DNA of 18,858 nucleotides from Macrostomum lignano (Eukaryota): NCBI GenBank assembly GCA_002269645.1, contig NIVC01005239.1, positions 1 to 18,858 of the forward strand, read 5' to 3'. Shown piece by piece: positions 1 to 8,845 of this stretch (position 1 is its first letter; each line of letters starts with the position of its first letter). The notes under the pieces were generated by a model. It saw only the letters and a program-made list of their open reading frames with translations, ran no database searches and was not told where the DNA came from. The position numbers and the translations under genes were made by a program.

Positions 1-360
1 ATAAGTCCTTCTAATATCAATTATGTGCTTGAGAAGGTTCCTTATTTGCTTAATAGAATGTCTTCAGAACTCACAATGCCTGCCACGTAATGTAACTTCT
101 TTACTTTGTCTTTTCTCAGCTGCAATTGACACTGAAGCGCCACACTTTTAAGTACAGAATGCAAAGTTTCTCAAGTAGCTATCTTATACATTTAGCCTCT
201 TGGAACGATTACATGCATGCAGACGTTGGAAAGGAAGCAATTATTAGTTTATTTCTAAGCATCTCCCCTTTGAATTCTCAGGAATATTAACGTTTGTACC
301 CTGTTGCTTTAAGTGTGCTCAATATGCGCCAACGAGGCTCATCTGTCTAATCTGACACGA

Positions 361-908
361 TGAAAAAGTGCCAGGGCTGCTGTATGCCTGTGGTAAGAGC
401 GTGTCTGCATGCGTGCCCGTGTGCTTAGGCATGCATGACAATGAAAGTGCCAGGGCTGCTGTATGCCTGTGGTAAGAGCGTGTCTGCATGCGTGCCCGTG
501 TGCTTAGGCATGCATGACAATGAAAGTGCCAGGGCTGCTGTATGCCTGTGGTAAGAGCGTGTCTGCATGCGTGCCCGTGTGCTTAGGCATGCATGACAAT
601 GAAAGTGCCAGGGCTGCTGTATGCCTGTGGTAAGAGCGTGTCTGCATGCGTGCCCGTGTGCTTAGGCATGCATGACAATGAAAGTGCCAGGGCTGCTGTA
701 TGCCTGTGGTAAGAGCGTGTCTGCATGCGTGCCCGTGTGCTTAGGCATGCATGACAATGAAAGTGCCAGGGCTGCTGTATGCCTGTGGTAAGAGCGTGTC
801 TGCATGCGTGCCCGTGTGCTTAGGCATGCATGACAATGAAAGTGCCAGGGCTGCTGTATGCCTGTGGTAAGAGCGTGTCTGCATGCGTACCCGCATTCTT
901 AGGCATGC
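361..908. repeat. 79-bp tandem repeat (minisatellite), ~6.9 near-identical copies, host flank
   Basis: The unit tgaaagtgccagggctgctg...gcttaggcatgcatgacaa restarts at 442, 521, 600, 679, 758 and 837 (period 79). There are no unique spacers. Confidence 0.97.
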
Positions 909-1161
909 TCTCATGTAGTCCATGAGAAGTTCCTGCTCATGCAGCAAGGCCTAGAGCACAAGCATATGCAGCCTCATCAACGTATTTGCCAGCAGAAGTC
1001 TAACAAAGCCCATTGTTTGAAGCTTCTTCTTGGCTCAGTTTAATTCCCCCCTTAGACGCAGACATTCATTCTGTTCTTTCAAGCACTCCGTCGTGCCTTC
1101 TTGATTTCTGCATTGTCTGCTCGCTTTTCACTGACGGCATAAGTGGGCGTTGTTTCAGCCG

Positions 1162-1335
1162 AGTAGAATGCATGAGGGGGCTTCTGGTGCAAAATTTTTC
1201 ACGTCCTCCATAATCCCATTAAATCCATCCATATTATCCCCGACAGAATCAGAAAAAAGGGGGGTCGCCCTTGCTCCGAAAACTTCGAACATAATCCCAT
1301 TAAATCCATCCATATTATCCCCGACAGAATCAGAG
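1162..1335 (+). repeat. Left terminal inverted repeat with 81-bp subterminal units
   Basis: Starts with AGTAG. The unit cataatcccattaaatccatccatattatccccgacagaatcaga... occurs at 1209 and 1290, with degenerate copies at ~1389 and ~1452. It matches the reverse complement of the right end. Confidence 0.92.
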
Positions 1336-1613
1336 CATAACCGGTGTCCTACTGTTATTCTGAGCATAGCAGCTCCGAAAACGTCATCCATAATCCTCCT
1401 AACCTATCCCCCAAAATCCATCTATATTATCAGAGCATAACAAGTGTCCTACATAATCCACTGACATCCACCCATAGCATGTTCGAAACAATAAGAAAAT
1501 AATCTGCATTCTTCTCTCCACATTCAATTTGCAAAGCGAAACCAGATCCTTAAGACTTTAAACCCTCAGCGCAGGGTCCTTACCCTTTGAAAAAATTAAA
1601 TTCTTAATAAAAA

Positions 1614-1856
1614 ATGTTTCCAGTTGTCTCTCCAGGTTCTTATTATACTCAGCCTAATCCATTGTACAAATCCAAATACCGATGCAAACTAGAATGCAGC
1701 GAGTACATGAGAAAATATTGGCCCGGCATTGATATCAATGTCCCTAATATTAATCTAGCTCTCCAAAGACACTGGTTTCATAAGTATGGAGTAACCTACG
1801 TAAAAGATTACGACAGCTACTATAACTTTGCTGAAGTTATAAGGCAGTTGAAGTAG
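1614..1856 (+). CDS. 80-aa protein of unknown function; inverted paralogue of 16436..16672
   Basis: Intact ORF with an A-rich start context. About 59/80 residues are identical to the right-arm copy by manual alignment (shared CKLECSEYMRKYWPGI and DSYYNFAEVIRQL). Confidence 0.8.
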   Translation: MFPVVSPGSYYTQPNPLYKSKYRCKLECSEYMRKYWPGIDINVPNINLALQRHWFHKYGVTYVKDYDSYYNFAEVIRQLK

Positions 1857-1914
1857 CCAACTATAAGGTTGTACCTCGTGGCTTATATCGTAATTTTACA
1901 AGTCTGAAGACGAC

Positions 1915-2771
1915 TCACATTCTCTCTATAACAATTGTTAGCACAAACTCTTCCCCGTTAAAATCGACACCAACTCCATCCTCTGTTTCAAACTGCAGAA
2001 CGATTTCATGTATCTCTCTATTACTCAGAATCACTCTTTTCACGGGGTTCGGCTTTTGCACAAGCATTTTGCCACCAGCAACAGAGTTTGAAATGTTAAA
2101 AAGTATGTTGGTTCGTTTGCCTTGAATATCCAATCATGGCTCAGATTGCTACGAATTAATATATTCAAACCTTTGACAATGTCAGCGATATTTGGCGCCA
2201 AGTACATACCGGATATTAGCCGGGACACAGCAACAGTGCCAGGCGCCTGCAGCGGGCTTTGGTCTGTGGCGCCACCATAAACTCTCTTTTCAAATCCCAA
2301 CTCGCGATACCAAGTGCCATCTTTAAACTCTACCTCTGCGTCCTTATGAACTTGCAAGATAACTCTCATGACAGTTAGATCATAAGTTAATCTAACAGGG
2401 AACAGTTTATTTTCTGGTTTGCTTTCATCCGGTATCTCAAAATGCTTTCGTTTAGTGAAGACGTTCTCCAAGAAGTAATTATATGTATCCACGCTCTGTG
2501 TGCTGACAGGAAATATCACAACCTCTGTTGTAGTACGCTTCCATTTGTAATAAAACTTGTTATTTTCCGCTGTCACATTGGGAACATTTGACCACCCAGT
2601 GAAATCATTGAGATAGACGTGGTAATTCGCCTCGGGATCCAAACGAAGTGGTTGCTCCAATTTTTGAATGAAGATTCCGTTTGACTCAGTAATGCGACCC
2701 GCTACAGTGATTGGAATGCTCTCCTTAGAGTGTGAAACAATGTTGTTTAGTCTTTCGGCTATGGCTTCCAT
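1915..2771 (-). pseudogene. mCP: Minor capsid protein (penton, single jelly-roll), one frameshift near 2135
   Basis: ORFs 2040..2771 and 1915..2133 join. N-terminal ...YHVYLNDFTGWSNVPNVTAENNKFYY and C-terminal IHEIVLQFETEDGVGVDFNGEEFVLTIVI resemble Polinton penton motifs. The gene is adjacent to MCP. Confidence 0.8.
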
Positions 2772-2793
2772 TTTTTTATTGAAAAAAAATTAT

Positions 2794-4087
2794 TCAAACT
2801 TTACTAGACGAGTTATTTATCATATTAACCTTGATTTTCCTCTCAAATGCATAGATAATAAACAGATCAACAGCCGTTGCGGCACCAAATTCTTTCCACT
2901 CGATATTAGTCACAATGTTAACAGGGCTATTGTCTGTAGGCATTTGTCTAGCAGTCACATCAACACCAAATATTGGATATAGTTTTTATACTGCAAGGTT
3001 GTCAAAACAATACCGTTATTCTCTTTGACAGCCAGGTCCGACAGTTCATTGTAAAACTTACTAATCTTGTTCTCCGAGAAATTCCCATTTTGTGGCAATG
3101 CAGGGTATAAATTGTCACTGATCTCATGTTGAATCGATCGAATGTTTCCATGTAGATATCTACCTACATTAGTCGTATCCTCATAGTGACAATAATGTAC
3201 CTTGGATTGCTACAGGAGCCTTCTTTAATGCAAATATTTTGTCTTGCGTCATTCCGCTCATCTCTGCACATATAAGCTGTATAAGCAACATCAATGTCTT
3301 TCTCAATCGCCTTCAAGTATTCAGCTTTGAGTGCAGTCTTGGGCTCAATAATTTCTAAGTACAGCTCCACGCTAGTTAGCTTAATCTCCATCGATGTATG
3401 ATTGGCCCCCGACCAAATTCCTCTGTTCCGATCATCTCTAGTCAGTCTAAATGTGTAGCTAAAGTTGCTTGTCAACCGATTGAAACTATTACAGAAACCA
3501 CTCATAAACCTCAAAGGTACAAAAATATCTACAGACCTAAACAGCGGATTCTTAGCAGCATCGTTCTCACCAACAAGAGCATAGTTGTATCGCTCCTTTC
3601 TCTTTTTGTAACCAGGGTCATTCTCATCTCCTTTCTGTTCATTGGGGATGAATCCAGCACCGCTCCCCATCTGAATAAAATCCGGGTTCTCAATCAAGCA
3701 CTGGGTATCATAGACCACACCAAAGTTTGCTATTCTTTCCAACTCTGTACTTCCATTGGACACATTAAACTCTTTGAACATATAAGCCCAGAAATTACTG
3801 GTTAGTGCGACATCCGCATTGTGTAGATCATCATTAGCATGAGCGGCGTCTGCGCCTCCTTTAGTTTTGAATTGATACGTCATATAGAAGCCGCTCCTTA
3901 GACTGTGCACACTAACCAAAGACGAACATCCGTTGTATGTGAATGTCAGCGTTTGACCTGGACCCAAATTAGTTTCATTCTGATTTTCCTGACTGGGAAC
4001 TCTTACCTGAGTCGCTTTGATTGTGCTATCATCACTCAAAATAGGCTTGTTAATTTTGTAGAAAACTGGTGTCAGTGGGTCGTTCAT
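2794..4087 (-). pseudogene. MCP: Major capsid protein (double jelly-roll), ~3 frameshifts in the 3' third
   Basis: The 307-aa ORF (VFIPL-like DIFVPLRFMSGFC, NPRYIIV) continues in shifted frames as ENKISKFYNEL... and LYPIFGVDVTARQ...FERKIKVNMINNSSSKV* (stop at 2794..2796). The LYPIFxxD motif and ~430-codon total length fit a Polinton MCP. Confidence 0.85.
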
Positions 4088-4117
4088 TTTTTAACTAAAA
4101 ATAAAATAAAATAAGAA

Positions 4118-5338
4118 ATGAAGCGAAAAAGTACACAGCAGATATCTGAACTAGAAAAGCTGGCGAAGGCAGAAAAGAGAGTTACAGGGCTAATCAACAA
4201 AGAACAACAATCTTACAATGAATTCGTCCAAGCAGCCACCGAATTTCAAAAACCCGGATACACAGAAGCGAAGAAAAACCTCGACACTGTGAAGGAAGCA
4301 GTTGATGATATTCAAGAGAGCCACTTGCAAAACACATTGGGTAAAATCCCATCTTCACCGGGACAACCACAGGCTCAGCAACCAGGACAACCAGTGCAGA
4401 TGAATGTGACGGATAACTTTTTTGGCCCCGTAGTGGATGATGGAAAATATATTTTTGGAATTAGTGCCTGGCGAAAAAATATTACCGGGGAACCGGCGGA
4501 TTACAACATTGAAGTGACGAAGGAAACTATTTCAATCAATAAAGGCGCAGAAACTAAACGAATCCCCTTCACTCAAACTTTACTTGATTACATGACTAAA
4601 AATCAGGAAAAAAGATCCGAGAAGCAGCTAAAAAATTACAAAGATCTTGTTACCTTTGCTCTCGATAGGGACATAGATATGCTCAAGAACAACGGTGTTT
4701 TGAAAATTTTACATGAAAAAGGGATTGTCTTGAACAATTGTAAAAAATACAAATACTTTAAACAATGGTTTGGTTTGCCGGATCAAGAAGAGGTCATAAG
4801 ACAACAAACACAACAACCACAACCGCCACAACAACCACAACAGCAGCAACCACAACCACAACCACAACAACAACTACAACAGCAGCAACATTTCACAGAA
4901 GAACAAGTACTCAGGCAACTGGAAAATGCAGATCCGACTCAGGTAGCTGAATATAAGAAACAAAACCCAACAGACTGGCAACACTTAGAACAACACTCTC
5001 CAGATCGAATGAACAGAATCAAGCAAAGAGTTTTCACACCTCAACAAAGACAGGCGCCACATGACAGTTCCATCTCTGAAAGTGAGCAGTCTTTTGCATC
5101 ACCTCCCCAGCAGCCACAAGCCCAACCAACTCCACAACCTCAAGACCAACCGCCTTCAACTGGAAAAGGCATGCCTGAATTCTACAAGCGGTTAGCTGTT
5201 CTCCTTGGCGCAGCATAGACCGGAATGAAAGATGAGAATAGAAAAGAATTTGTCAACATCCTGGACAAAATGCTTGAGAGAAAATACATCGATAAGAGGG
5301 CGAGAGAGCTTCTGCTTTCGCGGTTCAACAAAAAATAA
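4118..5338 (+). pseudogene. PZ-like conserved Polinton protein with a premature TAG at 5216..5218
   Basis: Reading in frame through the TAG gives KRLAVLLGAA*TGMKDENRKEFVNILDKMLERKYI...* (TAA at 5336..5338). This resembles the RLxLLxG...GN...E...ILDxL motif recalled for Polinton PZ C-termini. Confidence 0.7.
4801..4890 (+). repeat. CAA/CCA low-complexity tract encoding a Gln/Pro-rich linker
   Basis: acaacaaacacaacaaccacaaccgccacaacaacc... translates to QQTQQPQPPQQPQQQQPQPQPQQQLQQQQ. Confidence 0.9.
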
Positions 5339-5354
5339 TTTATTTCAAGTAAAA

Positions 5355-5735
5355 ATGCCTCTTATTTTCGAAAAAGACATTGACAAATACTATGACAAAG
5401 AGGAACTTAATCTCATTAAACGCGGATCTGGACTTTTCCCTGCAGGCCACTATCCAAGAAAAGAACGCTCTGGGAATGGCCTTGCCGATTTGATCGCTCA
5501 GGGGGCCAAGATTTTTAAGGTCATTGGAGAGAACAAAGAGAACATCAAGAACGTTGCCGAAGCGGCTGGCAGTGTAGCCACAGCAGCCAAAAAGGTTAAA
5601 GATACGGTTCATGAAACCCGGAAATCAATACCAGATATTCAACCCCTTGCACCGAGTGCAGATAGTGTCGATCCAGCCATCTACGCAAAGATGAGAGCTG
5701 AATATAAGAAAGGAGGCGGTTTTAAATTTGACTAA
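5355..5735 (+). CDS. Small virion protein with a predicted amphipathic helix (functionally pVI-like/membrane-lytic candidate)
   Basis: The likely start is the AAAAATG at 5355, since the longer ORF overlaps the PZ tail. GNGLADLIAQGAKIFKVIGENKENIKNVAEAAGSVATAAKKV follows GSG/GNG motifs, and the protein ends KKGGGFKFD. Confidence 0.6.
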   Translation: MPLIFEKDIDKYYDKEELNLIKRGSGLFPAGHYPRKERSGNGLADLIAQGAKIFKVIGENKENIKNVAEAAGSVATAAKKVKDTVHETRKSIPDIQPLAPSADSVDPAIYAKMRAEYKKGGGFKFD

Positions 5736-5889
5736 TTTGGTGCACCCTGACGGTAAAAGAGGTGTGAGGGTGTAGGACTAGTCGGATGTAGGACTAGTCG
5801 AAAAAAGACACACACATACACATCCCGAAAAAAGACACACGCGTCTTAAATACACAAGTTTAAAAAGAAAAAGTTTTTTTACATAAAAA

Positions 5890-6688
5890 ATGGACTTCAC
5901 AAACGACTTTCATCCCCACTGGACACGCAATCAGATAAAATTTGCTCACAACGAGATAATTCCAGGGCACTTCCGATGCATTGTTGTTGGCTCATCTGGG
6001 TCAGGGAAAACCTTCAGAGTTTTTAACATGCTCCTCAGACCTGGATTCCTCGATTATGACACACTACATATCTATTCACCCACTCTGTATCAAGATGAGT
6101 ATAAAATGCTAGTAGCGGGCCTACAGAACAAACTCAACAAGGAAGATATTATTCAATGTTTTAGACATCAAAAAGACCTCAACAGCAACCCGGAAGTTGT
6201 AGCCACTGAACGCAAAGCACATCCCAGACAATGAAAAATGGCAAAACATTAAAGTTTTCACTTATGGAGATCCACAGATAGATCCTAAAACTAAACTCTT
6301 ACCTCAACCTGATGAACTACAAAAGGGGAGAAAGCACCTGATTGTCTTCGATGACTGCATGACCGGTCCCCAGAAACAGATAGAAAATTATTTCACCCGG
6401 GGTAGACATAATAATTGCAATGTTATTTACATTGCCCAAAACTGGTTTGAACTGCCAAATAAAACAATTAGAGGTAACTGTAATTTGATTCTCCTTTTCC
6501 CAACCATACCACAGGATCGACTGAAACGATTTTATAATGAGGTCATTGCCCCAGCTCACATTACATATCCAGCTAAGAACTCTAACAGAACAATATCACA
6601 GGAGGAATTTGTTAACATATGCTATGAAAAGTGGAACCAACCCTATCAGTTTGTCATGATTAATAAGGAGAAAAGAATTTTACTTTAA
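5890..6688 (+). pseudogene. ATP: A32/FtsK-like genome packaging ATPase, one frameshift near 6225
   Basis: Walker A GSSGSGKT. After the shift, Walker B HLIVFDDC, then YFTRGRH and IYIAQ. Confidence 0.93.
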
Positions 6689-6704
6689 TTTTTCATTTAA
6701 AAAA

Positions 6705-7515
6705 ATGTCTATTAATTTTGCTGGTGAGTCAACTACAGGCAACAGCACTCTCACAACTTCCTTCCTTGACAAGCGCTACATTAACACTGATGAAGAGATC
6801 CCAGAGATCAAACTGAATAAAAACAGACTGAAAGCCCTAGAGCGCTCCATGCACCAGTTGCAAATAAACATGGAAGATCTCAGGCTTAAAGTAGCTAGGC
6901 AGAAGTTTGAAAGTGATAAGCTTTATGTGCCGTTGTTAAACGCAACTAATGAACTTAGGTCAGAAATAACTTCGATAGTCTCGCTAATCAACGGCTTAAG
7001 ATCATCAGTTAATCTTCTGGGAAATTCCACTGATAGACGGATGCGTATTCTTGAAGGAGGAGTTTTCACAAACACAGCTAAAGTGAAATAATTTAGAAGA
7101 GTTCATGAACCAGTCAACAGCATTGCATGATAGAATTAAAGAAAACGTCGCAACCAACACAGGTAAAGTAAATAATTTAGAAGAGTTCATGAACCAGTCA
7201 ACAGCGTTGCATGATCGAATCAAAGAAAGACTTGAAGCATTAGAGAGAAAGGATGTATCACACAGTAGCTATCTAAACGGAATGTATAGCTCTTGGGGTA
7301 AAATAATAAGGAGGCTTAATCGTCTGGAGAGAACACTCAATCTTCGTGACATTGCTATTGATGAAGCAGAATCTACTGCTCGTCCGGTCATTTCTACAGA
7401 TCGAGTAGAAGGAGCTCTGGACCCCGCCGGAGTAATCCGGCACGCTCTCAAACGTCAGCCGCCCAGCCGCTGCCTGCTGGACTCGCGATCCTCCGGCGTC
7501 ACGAGAGCCGCCTAG
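6705..7515 (+). pseudogene. Coiled-coil protein (fibre/stalk candidate); ORFs 6705..7091 and 7105..7515 are one gene split by a +1 insertion
   Basis: In the 84-bp internal duplication, copy 1 reads aaagtGaaataatttagaagag and copy 2 reads aaagtaaataatttagaagag. Heptad leucine periodicity runs throughout. Confidence 0.7.
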
Positions 7516-7606
7516 ACAACCGGCGGTGCAGATGGAATTATCAAAAAGAAAACAGATCTTTCAACCGGATAGTTTTGTAATTTTTTTATTTTTTCTAGAG
7601 AAAAAA

Positions 7607-8323
7607 ATGGCCCAACAAAATTCTCTATACGATCAGTCTCAATACGCTGAACCTAAAATACCGACAGCACCAAACCCAATGGCACCGAATTCGAACACAC
7701 AAAGCCTGAATGCACCGAATCTGAATGCACCTCAATATGAGCAACAAAAACTCTACCCCGTCATTACTTGTAACTCTCAACAGTTTCGACTAGTGGAGAT
7801 TCAAAAAATGCAAGATGATCTTGAAAAAAATATTTTCCACAACACAAAGAAAATTAAGCGCTACAATGCTCACTGTAAATTTTTCGACTACAGCAATATG
7901 ATTCTAGGATCTGTGTCTGTTCTATCTGGATCTGCTGCGGCTGTCTCAACGTTGCCAGTCATCACAGCCCCAATCGCAATCCCGCTCGGCTCTGTGGGTG
8001 CTGTATGTGGACTTATTTCAGCAATTACTGGAGCAGTAGCGCGAAACAGGCGAAAAAAACTAAAGCAGCTACAGGAGAAGCAAGTAAAAGAGAAAGGGGT
8101 GCACACTTCAATCATAGGGTACATTTCAAGGGCAATCGAGGATAAGTTCATTTCAGAGGATGAGTTCAAAACCATTCAGGATCTTTATGAACAATCAATT
8201 CGAATGAACTTGAACATGGTCGGTACTGATGACATGAGTCAGCTGAGAAATGAACTCGAGAAAGTTCTTCAACATTATGTGGAAAGAAAGTCGGCAAGAA
8301 GGACAACGAGAAATGCACAATGA
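7607..8323 (+). CDS. Conserved Polinton/adintovirus-type protein with two hydrophobic helices (membrane-associated; possibly the family annotated 'GasderminX')
   Basis: Intact ORF from AAAAAAATG at 7607. Contains LYP...FRLVEI...LEK, a hydrophobic hairpin ILGSVSVLSGSAAAVSTLPVITAPIAIPLGSVGAVCGLISAITGAV, a basic stretch and ISRAIEDKFISEDEF. The family name is recalled, not verified. Confidence 0.65.
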   Translation: MAQQNSLYDQSQYAEPKIPTAPNPMAPNSNTQSLNAPNLNAPQYEQQKLYPVITCNSQQFRLVEIQKMQDDLEKNIFHNTKKIKRYNAHCKFFDYSNMILGSVSVLSGSAAAVSTLPVITAPIAIPLGSVGAVCGLISAITGAVARNRRKKLKQLQEKQVKEKGVHTSIIGYISRAIEDKFISEDEFKTIQDLYEQSIRMNLNMVGTDDMSQLRNELEKVLQHYVERKSARRTTRNAQ

Positions 8324-8327
8324 ACCC

Positions 8328-8728
8328 TTATGAAACACAGCCAATAATAATTTCCTTGTAGGTCTTTCGTGTTTGGTCATTGCATACAAAACAGTCATGC
8401 ACAGCTCACCGCAAATATCACTGCTAAGACCTTGGAGAATAAAGTCTGAGCGATAAATTTTTTTATTATTTTTTCCCTTCATATAATTTCTTAGCTCTTC
8501 TGGTACTGCCGTCCCATAGCTATCGAAGTAATAACACTTGTGCTTGCGATCGGGATCAATCACCCAGCAAACCCAATGAGATCCTGGCTTATCGGTGGTG
8601 TCAAAATTCATGATGCCGCATTCTTTTCTTAGAGGAAAATCAGGCAGAGTGTCCCTCATAAATATTCCTCTAAAGTTTGGGATTTCCAGTTCGTTAGCCA
8701 AATCTTCAAGAAAGTTATTTGTCGTCAT
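8328..8728 (-). CDS. PRO: Adenain-like cysteine (maturation) protease; a probable frameshift near the 3' end extends the ORF to 8195
   Basis: Catalytic motifs GSHWVC (His), YYFDSYG (Asp) and QGLSSDICG (Gln/Cys). An alternative frame near 8365 gives TYKEIIIGCVS* ending at 8328, which removes the overlap with the convergent gene. Confidence 0.93.
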
Positions 8729-8760
8729 TTTTTTATGAGGTTTATTAAACTTTCTCTTAA

Positions 8761-8845
8761 ACCTAAACCCAATCTCAACCTCCTAAACCCAACCTCCTAA
8801 GCCTAATCTCCACCTCCTAAACCCAATCTCCTAAACCTAACCTCC
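8761..8845. repeat. Degenerate C-rich/G-rich short repeat (cctaaacccaatct/acct) at the PolB 3' end
   Basis: acctaaacccaatctcaacctcctaaacccaacctcctaagcctaatctccacctcctaaacccaatctcctaaacctaacctcc. Confidence 0.8.

Noticed and set aside
361-908. 79-bp repeat as a CRISPR array, and ORF 741..947
   Set aside because: The units are head-to-tail with no unique spacers and there are no cas genes. The ORF is just the translated repeat.
1150-1440. ORFs 1150..1440, 1155..1391 and 17215..17484 as genes
   Set aside because: They are translations of the TIR 81-bp units, and their mutual similarity reflects the inverted repeat. ORF 1150 starts outside the element.
8195-8327. Real overlap between the protease C-terminus and the convergent 7607..8323 gene
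   Set aside because: It is better explained by a frameshift near 8365. The alternative frame stops at 8328, 4 bp from the neighbour's stop.
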